From the human T2T-CHM13v2.0 reference genome, Homo sapiens: a stretch of 64,000 nt of DNA. Numbering within the stretch: the stretch's first letter is position 1; the number at the start of each line of letters is the position of its first letter. Position numbers and translations under genes: made by a program. The stretch is from the NCBI RefSeq assembly GCF_009914755.1, contig NC_060931.1, one strand, 5' to 3'. The notes beneath the pieces are model-generated. The model saw only the letters and a program-made list of their open reading frames with translations, had not been told where the DNA came from and searched no databases. Shown here one piece after another: positions 44,538-59,977 of the stretch.

Positions 44538-45148
44538 ATCGACCACCTGCTCATTGTGTCCATGAACACTTCAAAAGCAACATGTCAAAAAGGGGAAAAT
44601 ACCTCCCCTGTCAACCTACATGCAGTTCTCAATTCTGTCACCCTGGTTGCTGGCTGTAGCCTCAGTTCAGGCACCTGCACTGGAAACCAGCTAGTCATCT
44701 CTGCCCTTGGAGCCTCTATAGACCTCCTCTGTGATCGCCTTTTTTCCCAGCCTTCCTTCCCTGACAAAGCTAACCTGGTCCCTCCAGGAATCCTCTGGCC
44801 TTGGCTGGGCCCGGCTCCCCTCTGCATCTCTGTGTGCCCCTTTGGCATACAGTACATCATATTCTGGACTGGCTGTGAGTGCCTTCCAGGCAGGGAATGC
44901 CATAGCAATCATGGATCCTTGGTCACCTGCACACAGTAGGGCGCTGTCAATGTTTGGAAAACAAATGAGTGGCTGAGCAGGGTCCCTTTGCAAGCGATGG
45001 CTTTAGCTATTTGGGTGACTGTTTTTCTTTATATTCTTCTGAATGTATTCAAATTCCTCACAGTAAGTAGCTATCAGATACTTTTAGAATTTTTTATGGC
45101 AAAATGTTTATAAATAAAATTTAGCATTTTAACTCTTTTTAAGTGTAG

Positions 45149-45400
<252 letters not shown>

Positions 45401-45420
45401 TAGTAGAGATGAGGTCTTGT

Positions 45421-46627
45421 TGAGAGGTGACAACATGCTAGCAGCCCTCGCTCACTCTCGGCTCCGCCTCGGCGTCCGCTCTGGCCGCGCTCAAGGAGCC
45501 CTTCAGCCGGCGGCTGCGCTGTGAGGGCCCCTCTCTGGGGCTGGCGAGGCCGGAGCCGGCTCCCTCTGCTCGCAGGGAAGTGTGAAGAGAGAGGCGCGGG
45601 CGGAAGCGGCGCTGGCGGGCCACGGGTTCCAGGTGAGCGCGGGCTTGGCAAGCCCCGCACTAGGCGCCGCCGGCCGGCACTTGCTGGGCTTGATCGGAGG
45701 CTGAATCCCGTGCGTGGACCGCCGTTCCCTCTTCGCGGGATTGTTGGCCACGACAGCCGGTCTCCGTCTCTTTCTCGTTTCCCCTCTTTTCCTCTTGATT
45801 GTCTGGGACGAGCTCCCTCTGGGCTGCCTTAGTGCCCAGGCTAGGTGCCACAAAGTCCCGCTGCCAGTGCCAGTAAGAGGTGAAGCTGGCTGGGCTTCTG
45901 AGAGGTGGGGACTTGGAGAACTTTTCTAGCTGTCTCCTGTCTAGCTAAAGGTTTGTAAACGCACCAATCAGCGCTCTGTGTCTAGCTCATTGGATGGGGA
46001 CTTGGAGAACTTTTCTGTCTAGCTAAAGGATTGTAAACACACCAATCAGCACTCTGTGTCTAGCTAAAGGTTTGTAAATGCACCAATCAGCACTCTGTCA
46101 AGACGGATCAATCAGTGCTCTGTAAAATGGACCAGTCAGCTCTTTGTAAAATAGACCAATTAGCAGGATGTGGGTGGGGCCAGATAAGGGAATAAAAGCA
46201 GGCCCCCTAGCCAGCAGGGGCAACCCGCTCGCCTACCATACCAGGCTGTGGAAGCTTCGTTCTTTTGCTCTTCGCAATAAATCTTACTGCTGCTCCCTCT
46301 TTGGTTCCATGCTGCTGTAACACTCACTGCGAAGGTCTGCAGTATCATTCCTGAAGTCAGGGAGACCACCAACCCACCAGGAGGAACGAACAACTCCACA
46401 CGCGCCGCCTTTATGAACTGTAACACTCACCGCAAACGTCTGCAGCTTCACTCCTCAAGTCAGCGAAACCACGAACCCACCATAAGGAAGAAACTCCGAA
46501 CACGTCCAAACATCCGAAGGAACAAACTCCGGACACACCATCTTTAAGAACTGTAACACTCACCGCGAGGTTCCACGGCTTCATTCTTGAAGTCAGCAAG
46601 ACCAAGAACCCACCAATTCTGGACACA
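45421..46627 (+). mobile_element. Solo LTR12 (ERV9) LTR, 1207 bp
   Basis: TG...CA ends (tgagaggtgacaac ... attctggacaca) with a 4-bp TSD ttgt (45417-45420 and 46628-46631). CpG-rich U3, repeated caccaatcagc units, U5 repeats ctgtaacactcac. Confidence 0.95.
45955..46200 (+). promoter_or_regulatory. LTR12 promoter module: multiple CCAAT (NF-Y) boxes, GC box, GATA, AATAAAA TATA-equivalent
   Basis: CCAAT near 45964, 46042, 46083 and 46156; gggtggggc at ~46172; AGATAA at 46182-46187; AATAAAA at 46191-46197. Activity is not shown by the sequence. Confidence 0.6.
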
Positions 46628-46828
46628 TTGTGATGTTGTCTAGGCTGCTCCTGAACTCCTGAGCTCAAGCAGTCCTCCTGCCTTGGCCTCCCAAAGTGCT
46701 GGGATTACAGGCATGAGCCACTGCGTTGGCCCTCTAGAACTTTTTCTTTATCCCAAAGTGAAATTCCATACCTTTTAAACAATACCTCTCCATTCTCCTT
46801 TTCCCCCAGTCCCTGGTAAGCACCATTC

Positions 46829-47725
<897 letters not shown>

Positions 47726-48280
47726 GTTCTACTTCCTGTCTGTGTGAATTTGACTACTCTAAGATATCTCATATAAGTGGGATCGTATAGTATTTGTCTT
47801 TTGTGACTGGCTTACCTCATTTAGTGTGTCTCCAAGGTTCATCTGTGGCGTGGCATGTATCAGAATGTTCTTTGTTAAAGCTGAGTAATATAGTCCATTA
47901 AAAGTATATACTACGTTTTGCTTATTCGTTCATCTGTGGTAAACATTTAAGTTGTTTCTACCTTTTGGCTATTGTGAATAATGCTGCTATGAACATTGGT
48001 GTGCAATTACCTATTCGAGTTCCTGCTTTCAATTCTTTTGGGAATATACTTAAAAGTGAAATTGCTGGATCATATGGTAAAAATTACTTTTAAATTTAGA
48101 AGCATTTTAAATACTTTCAAAACGGTCATTTTGATTTAAATAAAAGGTCACCTTAAGATGGCAGGTGACATAGAAATGCAGGATGAAATTTCAGCCTTTT
48201 GTTCTTGCGACTTGTTAGATGATCCTTGGTGACATGAAATGATTTGTTTTCAAGTGTGGTTTTGATTTTTTTTCTTACAG

Positions 48281-48332
48281 CATCAAGCTTCTAGCTGTGC
48301 AAGAACTGCTTGACAGAGAGGCCTTGGAAAAG
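48281..48332 (+). CDS. Internal coding exon (52 nt) of an unidentified large + strand gene; peptide (x)IKLLAVQELLDREALEK
   Basis: Strong acceptor (tttgatttttttt-cttacAG ending at 48280) and donor (AAG|GTAAAT at 48333). Only one frame is open (1 nt + 17 codons; phase 2 in, phase 0 out); the other two frames hit TGA and TAG. The sequence is non-repetitive and the peptide looks helical. Confidence 0.8.
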
Positions 48333-49288
48333 GTAAATATTTTACTCTTCCTTCCACATTCACAAACCAAGAACGGAGGGCCACACATAAGAAAAATTCA
48401 ACTCCCTGTCACCAGAGACAGCCCCTACTGAAAAGACGGTCAGTTATTTTGTATTCCTGACAGCGAATCATGCAGAATTTTAATCTGAGCCCCCTACCTT
48501 GCTGACATTGTGTTCACACCTACAAACTCGGCTGTACCTGGCTCCCTCTGGGTTGTGTGCAGGTTGTGTGAAAGGCAGAGGCCCGTGCTGCAAGGGGCCA
48601 TACTCTGGAGGAGGCTTTCTGTGCTTTCAGCCATTAGGAGCCAGAGGCCTCACGCATGCCGGAGTCTGTGTTGGCCACCTCACTGCATTTCTGCTTGCTG
48701 TGTGTTATTATCTGGGTGTAGGGATGATGGAATTGAGACCCAGTAACTTGCCTAAGGCAAATGAACTAAGTAGAGGAGTGATGATTTGAATCCCAATAGT
48801 TCCATTTCCAAAACCAGTACTTCTCTATTCAGTAGTCAAGTTCATGCGTTTTTATCTCTTTTTAGGCTACTACTGAGGATTGAGAAACTGCCTCTCTGCC
48901 CCCAAACCAACGTTTCACTGTGCCCTGGAAGAGATCCCCAGTGTGTCTCGGCTTTCTATGTTCAAGTCAAGCCTGGGATTGGGGATTTTTTGCCAGTTGT
49001 GGGTTCAAGTTCGGCATGCATGGTGGGGTGGGCTCCACAAAACAGGCTGGGTGGGCACCAAGGAAGCCAGGCCCCCCTACTTGCCCATCAGGGGCCTCCC
49101 AGCTGATACCAAGCTCTCAGACCCTGGGGAGTTCAGGACTCTTCCTGCATGTGTAGCCGCAGGTGATAATTAGAATCTGTGTTGCTAACATGAAGCAACA
49201 GCACCCAAACGATATTCATTTGTTTTTGGTTAGAGAGACAAGCACTTGAACTATATTCGTTTATTTTTGGAATTTAAAATATTTGAGG

Positions 49289-49579
49289 GGGCTAGGTGAG
49301 GTGGCTCTGCCTGTAGTCCCAGCACTTTGGGAGACTGGAGGGTTGCTTGAGCCCAGGAGTTTGAGACCAGCCTGGGCAACATAGTGAGACCTCATCTCTT
49401 CAGAAAATCAAGAAATTAGCCAGGTGTGGTGGTGCACACCTGCGGTCCCAATTCCGCAGGAGGCTGAGGCAGGAGGATCACGTGAGCCCAGGAGGCTGAG
49501 GCTACAGTGAGCCAAGATCATGCCACTGCACTCCAGCCTGGAAGTCAGAGCAAGAGACCCTGTCTCACAAAATAAAATA
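49289..49579 (+). mobile_element. AluJ
   Basis: Diverged dimer with J-type gcttgagcccaggag. Confidence 0.9.
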
Positions 49580-50030
49580 TCTGGGTTAGTAGTCAGTCTG
49601 CTGGTTGGCACTAAGACAAATAAAGTCTTTAAAATGAACACCAACCAGTGGTGTGAGGGAAGAATGAGGTCTGAGCACTGCTTTGGATTTGATGTCCCCT
49701 CAACCTCATTTCTATCTTGGGTAAACCAAGGATAGAGCTGCTGCCTGACCTCAGAGAGGCAAAGTGAGAAACAAATGAGTTAATGTAGCAAAAGGGCTTT
49801 CTAAATGCCAAAGCACTCTACTCATTATTAATTCTTAATTACTTATATTAATTCTTAATATGCATTCAGCCATGAAAACATAGTGGGTCAGGCTATAAAA
49901 GACATCATCGGGCCAAATGGCAACATTGGATGTGGATAGTAAATGAGATGAAGGTATTGTATTAACATTAACATTTCCTGAAGTTGATAATTGGCTTGTG
50001 ATCATGTAAGAGAATGGCCTTGTTCTTAGG

Positions 50031-50187
50031 CAGCAGTTCCCAACCTTTTTGGCACCAGGGACCAGTTTCCTGGAAGAAAATTTTTCCGCAGACCTGGGTT
50101 GGGGGGATGGTTTCAGGATGAAACTGTTCCACCTCAGATCATCAGGCATTAGATTCTCATAAGGAGCGCACAATCTGGGGACCCCTG
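50031..50187. mobile_element. Short MER1B-like hAT element inside an L1ME 3' fragment (~49880-50400)
   Basis: TIRs cagcagttccc ... ggggacccctg; perfect 8-bp TSD ttcttagg (50023-50030 and 50188-50195). Confidence 0.85.
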
Positions 50188-50488
50188 TTCTTAGGAATTA
50201 ACACAGGAGTATTTAGGAATAAAGGGGCATGGTTATAACTTATTCTCAAATGATTCAAGGAAAAGAAATAGTGATGTATATATGTCAGACAGATCCAGAG
50301 AGAGAAAGATGAGAATAACTCATCAAGTAAATGAGGCAAAATACAAACAATTGATCCTTCTGTGTAAAGGGGTATGTGAGTTTCTTGTATGTTCTTGAAA
50401 CTTTTCTAGTATCCCCCCTCAAAAAATTGTCATCTTAATATTCATTATGGTTATTCATTTTATTTCTCAATTTAAAAAAACCATCAGA

Positions 50489-50824
<336 letters not shown>

Positions 50825-50879
50825 CTAGTGCTGGGGTGTATCAGTATAATAAAAATGCAGGTGCCAAAAATAACAGTTA

Positions 50880-51186
<307 letters not shown>

Positions 51187-51936
51187 TTATATCTTTTGAG
51201 CTGTGTGTACACCTGATTTAGAGAGGTCCCAGAGCTAACCCAATCTGTGAGTATTAACTACTTTCAAAACCTAACAGAGAAGTAGGGTCAGGGCTTATTG
51301 TGGCTGGTGGCGGAGCCAGTTGTGCTGCCCTGAGGATGTGATTTTGATGCTGAGGCTGCGGCGGAGCAGACCCTAAGCCCACCTTCCTAACTAGATTATC
51401 TTGGATTACTTACTTTCTCGTGCCTTAGTTTCCCAGTTTATAAAATTGAAACTATTCTAATTCTTAACTCACAGAGGTTGTAAGATGACTAATTAGATAG
51501 TTCACATAAAGGACTGCAACACTGTGCCTGGTACTCAGTGATCTCCAAGAGTTAGCTGCTGCCCATGTTCTTTCCTATTCCTCCTCCCCCACCCTGATTC
51601 TCTCTCCCCGAGTCTGCTGATGATTTTGTATTGTTCCCCCCATCTCAAAATGTGACCAGTAAGAAGCTTTACAAGATGGTCTGCATGTGTACAGGGGCCA
51701 GCAGGGAGCCAAATTCGCTGAGTTTCCTCCTCCTTCCTTCTGTTCATTCATTCATTCATTCCCTTATGCTACAGGAATTTGTTGAGCTTCCAGTGTGCCA
51801 GGCAAGTGGCAAACATTTCTTGAAAAGTTCAGAAGCAAACAGTCATCATGAGCTTGATAGCCAGTTACATTTTGAGTGACATATGATATATTACCTGGCA
51901 TAGTGCTATTTTGTGCATCAAGATTGGTCCAGTTGA

Positions 51937-52289
<353 letters not shown>

Positions 52290-52356
52290 TTACAGATTCC
52301 CTTCCACCTGGACTGATTAAAAAGCCAACAAGAAAAGTTATTTGTCAAATATAGAA

Positions 52357-52510
52357 CTGCGCTACTCGAAGTGTGGCCCACAGACCTGCAGCATTAGAAG
52401 CCTGTTAGAAACGTAGAATCTCAGCTCCCTGAATTCAGACCCCCTGAATCAGAGCTACATTCTAAAAAGCCCCCAGGTGATTATGTGCTCGAAAGTTCAA
52501 GAACGCTGCT
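52357..52510. mobile_element. MER5A
   Basis: ctactcgaagtgtggcccacagacctgcagcatt...aagcccccaggtgatt. Confidence 0.65.
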
Positions 52511-52703
52511 GTAGAGTATCGTTTATTATCACCATCGCTATTATTAACTAGTCAGAAAGAATCTATGAGTTGTCAATTTGACTTTTATGGCCAATTAAGC
52601 CTGGTTTTTTTTTTTTGGCACCAAAAGAGAAGAAGTAAACACCGTCATTCTATTTGTGAGAACCCAGTTTTTATTTTTAGTTCACCTGCGTCTTCCTTTG
52701 ATT

Positions 52704-53674
52704 AAGAAAATAGTCTTAATTCAATAGGTAGAGCCAGCAAAAAAGGGCTTAGTTAGACACACATTCTGCAAACCTCAAACCTCTTTTACTGTCATGCAGC
52801 TGAGCTTCAAATGACAACCGGCCTTTGAGTTTTGTAATCACTGAACTCCCAACACCCTGCTGTGATAGAACTGGTCGCTTCTAGCCAGACAGTCCCAACA
52901 GTGGGGACCTGCACAGGCCTCCTCTTTTAAGATGGAAGCTATTCTAAAGGGGCCATTTCCTTCACAAGTACTGGTGGATTAAATTTGAACAATAAAATAT
53001 TTAAATTATGTAAAACCTAATGTGAGTTCATGTCCTTTGTAGGGACATGGATGAAATTGGAAATCATCATTCTCAGTAAACTATCGCAAGGACAAAAAAC
53101 CAAACACCGCATGTTCTCACTCATAGATGGGAATTGAACAATGAGAACACATGGACACAGGAAGGGGAACATCACACTCTGGGGACTGTTGTGGGGTAGG
53201 GGGAGGGGGGAGGGATAGCATTAGAAGATATACCTAATGCTAAATGACGAGTTAATGGGTGCAGCACACCAGCATGGCACATGTATACATATGTAACTAA
53301 CCTGCACATTGTGCACATGTACCCTAAAACTTAAAGTATAATAATAATTAAAAAAAAAGAAAATAGTCTTAATTCAATAGGTAGAGCCAGCAAAAAAGGG
53401 CTTAGTTAGACACACATTCTGCAAACCTCAAACCTCTTTTACTGTCATGCAGCTGAGCTTCAAATGACAACCTGCCTTTGAGTTTTGTAATCACTGAACT
53501 CCCAACACCCTGCTATGATAGAACTGGTCGCTTCTAGCCAGACAGTCCCAACAGTGGGGACCTGCACAGGCCTCCTCTTTTAAGATGGAAGCTATTCTAA
53601 AGGGGCCATTTCCTTCACAAGTACTGGTAGATTAAATTTGAACAATAAAAGATTTAAATTATGTAAAACCTAAT
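52704..53674 (+). repeat. 318-bp direct repeat (52704-53021 and 53357-53674) flanking an L1
   Basis: Manual alignment gives 314/318 identity with no indels. Confidence 0.97.
53022..53356 (+). mobile_element. 5'-truncated L1PA2/L1PA3 3' end (~335 bp) with poly(A)
   Basis: tgagttcatgtcctttgtagggacatggatgaaattgg...ctaaatgacGAGttaatggg...aaaacttaaagtataataat plus an A tail. It has GAG at the diagnostic site rather than the L1HS ACA/ACG. Confidence 0.95.
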
Positions 53675-54064
53675 ATAAAAAGCTAAAAAGAAGTAGCAGT
53701 CTTTTAAGGTCTCATAGAAAATAAGTGCTTTTTCTTGCTAATATTAGGCCTTGTTATTAGGATCTTAGTATTTTAACTTAAAATGACCAGCCATTTGCCT
53801 AAACATTACTTGGTTTTAGGTAGACAGCCTTCCCATTTTTAGACGTGCCAAGGTTTTCCTGTTTTCTGCAGAGCCCAGAGCCAGCTCTGAGGAGGTTCCC
53901 AATTGGCAGAGCCGAGTTCTCCTCCCGGTGTGGCCTCTGCTGAGCTGCTGTGTCTGGCAGAGGATCTTCCCTGAAGGCCCCAGCCCCTTTCCTAGCCTGT
54001 GAAACTGCTCTCTGTGATTCCTTCCCACTCTTCGATACCTGGGCTTCATTTTTCAGAGTTGATT

Positions 54065-54541
54065 TTTTTTTTTTTTTTTTTTTTGAGACGGAGTCTTGCC
54101 CTGTTGCCCAGGCTGGAGTGCAATGGTGTGATCTCGGCTCACTGCAACCTCCGCATCCTGAGTTCGAGCAATTCTCCTGCCTCACCCTCCTGAGTAGCTG
54201 GGATTATAGGTGTCTGCCATTATGCCCGGCTAATGTTTTTTTTTTGTTGTTTTTTTTGAGATGGAGTCTCGCTCTGTTGCCCAAGCTAGAGTGCAGTAGT
54301 ATGATCTCGGCTCACTGCAACCTTCACCTCCCAGGTGCAAGCAATTCTCCTGCCTCAGCCTCCTGAGTAGCTGGGATTACAGGTGCCTGCCACCATGCCC
54401 AGCTAATTTTTTTGTATTTTTATTAGAGATGGGATCTCACCATGTTGGCCAGGCTGGTCTTGATCTCCGGGCCTCAGGTCATCCACCCACCTTGGTCTCC
54501 CAAAGTGCTGGGATTACAGACATGAGCTACCGCGCCTGGCC
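54065..54541 (-). mobile_element. Trimeric Alu (left-right-right arms)
   Basis: Full dimer at ~54236-54541 plus an extra right arm at ~54065-54235, inside one TSD pair cagagttgatt. Confidence 0.9.
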
Positions 54542-56067
54542 ACAGAGTTGATTCTTGATCACATTGTGAAGAGGGGGACATTTTGCCCTTGTGTACTCAG
54601 TTTTCTCGTATTTTCTCCACTTCCTTGCTCCAGTGGTCCTTACTGTGTTTGGGGGCTTTCCTGTTTCACCTGCCCTACTTACCATCAAATCACGTGTTCT
54701 GGGAAGAGGTGAATGGTGAACACAAGCCCAGTACATAGATACACAGAGACCCCCAAGGCATAAATCAGTAGGGTTCTAGTTTTTGCCTCTTATTCTTTGT
54801 CTTCATTTAGGTGCAGTAGATTGGGTAGGAGGTGGGGGCCCCTTGTGGGATCAGGCTTCTGAGTTTCTCTTCTCTCCTAACGCTACACAGAGCCAGTTCC
54901 CAGACTAGTAAAAGTGACTTGTCACTTATTTTTAAAATGTTATAAACCATACAATTAACAATCTAAATTCTTCAACCAATTTCTTCTTTCGAAAAATGGT
55001 TAGAACCATGAGCAGATGATCTAAGATGTGTGAGTGTCAGTGCATGTGACATTGGTCTGAAAAAGTGTTTTGGATTTAGATGTGCTTTTTTTGTCAAACA
55101 TCCATTAGGTCCCAAGAGCAAGAACTTGCTGTAAGAAGGATACATGTCATGCAGTTCTCTGTTGTTTTTGCTCTGAGAGTGGGACACTTCTGTTTTTCTG
55201 AACTTAAGTCACAGGGACTTGTTTCCCAGGCTTTAAACACAGGCCCATCTAAAGCCTTTAAAAGTGGCATTTCATAAAAGGAAATAAAAATATTGGTACA
55301 GCTTGATTTAGAAAGATCATTTTTCAATGACCCTTTCAAATGGCTTCCTGCAAAGCCACAAACAATAGTTTGGCCGGTCATTCCAGCTGGACCGTGGTAG
55401 GACCAGAGGGCGGACCACTGGCTGACCCAACCTGAGACCAGTGCCTGCCTGAGAAGCTGCCTGTGTGAGCTGGGCCCTCAGGAGACACAGGCCACCCACC
55501 TGGTGGCCTTGCCAGTGCTGCCGCTCCCAGATCATGACTCTGTTATAATTACAAGTCCACTGAGTTCATGCTGTGAGGGCAGAGGTGGGGGTTGAAGCCA
55601 GCCCTGCCATTTGCCAGCTGGGGGACATAGGAGGCCAGGTACTGGCTAGCCTCTGTTTCTTTTTAACATGGAGCTTCAGAATAATACCTATCCTATTAGG
55701 ATATTGTTATGAGAACTAAGTGAGATGTGTGAAATAAAAGCCGTTATGTATATCGTAAGCACCAAAGTGGCAGTAGCTGGTACTATCCCCTCTACTGCTA
55801 ATTAGCTGCTGCTGTGGTCGTCATCATCATCATCACTGGCATCTCGTCCTTACTTCTCTCTGGAGAAGCCCAACTTGAGATCGATCTGTTGCCATTAAAA
55901 GATGTGAAAGAAGTTGCATCCCCACTGCTCCTTTTGCCAAATTGTCTAGGAAAAGATGCCTGTCAGTCCTCCCTGCTGATAGGTGTTTTTTTTTTAGAAT
56001 TTCAGCTTTGGAGCCCAACTCCTATTCTAGTTTTCCTGAAGATGGAGCAGACCTCTAAGATGTCTTA

Positions 56068-56485
<418 letters not shown>

Positions 56486-57502
56486 CTAGTGGTGGGCAAC
56501 GTTAGAATGATAGCTTCCTGGGAATTTTCAGAAGGAAAGAGGATGATAAGCCATTTTCACATAGATGTGTGTGAATAACCTAAGGATGCAAAGTGCTTGT
56601 GTCTGTAATTGGTGAGGGTGTTTTCTGAATATACACACATGTACATCCATAAACACTACCTCTCTTATTACGTGCTTTTGGAGTGTTATTCACTATGATT
56701 TGGACTTGCAATTAATTTAGTTTCTGCAACAATTGAGTGCTTGCTCAGTGCCAAAATTATACTGTTTACCAACGGGGATAAAGTTATAAAGATACATGTG
56801 ATTATAAAGATACATTTACATTTGAATGGCATAGAATCCCAGAACTTCAGAATCAAGGGAGACTTTTAAAACCATCTAATCCAACCCTGTCATTTTGCAG
56901 ACAGGACATTGAGGCCAAGGGAGTTGAAGTGCCCTCTGCCCCAGGTCCACAGCAGGTGTGTTGGTAATCCAGGACCCATCACAGCAGACTGGGCTCCATT
57001 TCCCAGCTCCTTTAAGTGCAACCAGCTGCCCATCTTCTGTGATCTCATTTAATCTGAACATCAGCCTTAGCAGGCATACTGGACGATCCTATCTCCGCAT
57101 TTCCCAGGAGTGGGAGCAGGTCCATAGGATCAGTCCTGGCCCAGGTGATGGGGAACCAATGCCCAGATCTTCTCATAGTGTGACTTGTAGCAAAACAGAC
57201 TTGCACAGTTGGTGTTAGCCTCCTCCAGCAGGAGAGGCAGAGAATGTGGGATGGGGGATAGAGGACGCAGAAGGAGGTTCTGGGTTCCAGATGTGGACAA
57301 TGTCAAAGGAGCACCTAAAAGTGAAGGAACACACAGGGTGTGAGGGCTGCCTAGAGACCATCCACCTAGCAGGTTATGGGAGCCATGAGGACACGTGAGA
57401 GGTTGGAGGACGTGGACTGGACACACCTTTCATTTGGGCTTGGTGTCCAAATGAATTACTTCAAGAATCTTAACTTATAAAAATATATATACTTTAAGAT
57501 AC

Positions 57503-57799
57503 TTTTTTTTTTTTTGAGACAGAGTCTCACTCTGTCCCCCAGGCTGGAGTGCAGTGGTGCAATCTCAGCTCATTGCAACCTCCACCTCCTGAGCTCAAGC
57601 GATTTTACCCCCCTCAGCCTCCCGACTAGCTGGAATTACAGGCTTGCACCACCACACCCAGCTAATTTTTTCTATTTTTAGTAGAGAGTTGGTTTCACTG
57701 CATTTCCCAGGCTGGTCTCAAACTCCTGGCCTCAAGTAATCTGCCCACCTCGGCCTCCCAAAGTGCTGGGATTACAGGCATGAGCCACCACCCTCGGCC
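57503..57799 (-). mobile_element. AluJ
   Basis: Antisense dimer; agatact plus a T run on both sides. Confidence 0.92.
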
Positions 57800-58285
57800 A
57801 GATACTCTTTTTTTTTTTTTTTTTTTCCAAAAAAACACTGTGTTATTTCAAAAATATCAGAATGAGATTCTTCAGATCCCTTATTTATTTTCCCCCACCC
57901 CCGCCACACTTAGCCCTTCATGTAGTCAGAGCTGAATTTGAATACCACCTTGAGTGATCAATATTCATATATTTGTATAAATTTGCATTGGGTTGAGCAA
58001 GATCAGTGGCTAATCATGAGTAAACTCATTGTAATCACTTTCCTGGCTAAGTTTCTATCAGCAGGAAGATGGCAACTTCTCCTTGAAAGAGCTGGTGAGC
58101 AGATTGGGGGTGGGTACCATTGTGGAGCCCAGACTCCGCTGTATGGAGTCTAACTCAGGCTCACTGCAGCCACCACAGCTGCCACTAGCTCCACTTCACA
58201 AACTCAGTGCTCAGGGTCCACCCAGGACCTCGCTGCCGGAAAGTGGGCATTTTAGTTAGTTATGGGCTAGGCTCTGTGGTTCATT

Positions 58286-58288
<3 letters not shown>

Positions 58289-58338
<50 letters not shown>
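58289..58338 (+). repeat. (CA)25 microsatellite
   Basis: Read directly from the sequence. Confidence 0.97.
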
Positions 58339-58339
<1 letters not shown>

Positions 58340-59238
58340 TTTCTCCTTATTCTTTGAAAATCATCACAAGATATCAGGTATATTCAGGGGCTCTCACTAC
58401 CTTTTTCTTTTTATGAAAAGCTTTTCTTCTAAGTGAGCAAAAAAACAGAGTCCCCAAACAGGACTTTTAAACTGTCTTTAGTTCCCTCAGCTATCAAAGA
58501 TAAGCAAATTAAACCATGAGGGTTCATTTTAAATTTATTGCATTAGTGAAGTTTTAAAGCATGATGTGTAATGGTGAAGTTGTGTTGAAATCAGTGCCCC
58601 CGGCCACTGCTGGGGAGGGCAGGTGACATGGTGCTGGCCTTTTCCAAGTTCTTGGGCAGAGCATTTCATTAGTGTTTGTGATGTCCCCATCCTTTGACCT
58701 GTGATCCGGTTCCTGGGACTGTATCTTAAGGAAATGATCGATAAAAATGGAGAAATAATAAACACGCTATGGCATGCTTTATAACTATGAATAAGTGGGA
58801 GGCAGTTCAGTGCTATGTAGGAAGGGAGAGGTTAAAAAAATCCGTGGTAGGTCTACCCAAGGGCCTAGTATATATCCATCAAAAATGATAAGATCTTTTA
58901 GCCTCATAGAATTGTGGTATAATATTTGCTATGAGGGAGAATAAGCCGCTGTACCTACTGCGGTTACAACTCTGTAAAACATGTATTTATTCTTTGAACC
59001 AGTGTGTATTGAGTACCTCCTTTTGTCAGGGCTTATTCAAGGCTGGAACATGCCTACAGCTGTGGACAAGACCTTTCCCTTTCGTATCTCCTGTAGCTCG
59101 CATTGTAACTTAAGAGAAAAACCTTAGCAGTGACACAAATGTTTATTTAAATACAGTAGCAATAAGTGCTTTAAAAAAAACAGGTTGTCAAGAGGGAGGT
59201 CCTCACCTAATGTTCTTATGATATCAAAAAAATATTTA

Positions 59239-59540
<302 letters not shown>

Positions 59541-59760
59541 AAAAATACTAATTACATAACTTTTTTTCCATTTTCAGTTTTTAAAATCAATTTAATATTC
59601 CTGGACTGAACTTTTTAAGATCCACTTGGCAGCTGTGACTGGAGGAGCAGGAGGAAGGGACTAGAGGGATGGAGGAGCACAAGGCTAGAAGGGTAGATGG
59701 TGCATGGAGATGGAGCTGCCCTGAGTGGCCCAGAATCCTGCACAGGAGGCCCTTCTAGAT

Positions 59761-59977
59761 CAGAACAACCTATGGCCAGTCTGCAGGTGAAATCTGGCCC
59801 ATAGCTTGTTTTTATAAAGTTTTATTGGAACACAAATGTACCCATTCAACTTATTGTCTGTGGCTGCTTTTACACTATAACGACAGGTTAAGTTGTTGTG
59901 ACAGAGACAGTATAGCCCATAAAGTCCAAAATGTATCTTATTTGGCCTTTTATAGAGTTAGAGTTTGCCAGCTCTCG
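59761..59977. mobile_element. MER58A-like hAT element
   Basis: ataaagttttattggaacaca...tttggcctttta; perfect 8-bp TSD ttctagat (59753-59760 and 59978-59985). Confidence 0.8.

Noticed and set aside
44038-44565. Repetitive Pro/Gly-rich ORFs and a possible CRISPR-like array
   Set aside because: Head-to-tail 25-bp minisatellite with no unique spacers, in a primate genome.
55490-55510. CTCF-like CCACCTGGTGGC (similar near 2763 and 18390)
   Set aside because: Imperfect matches of this kind are expected by chance in 64 kb; ChIP data would be needed.
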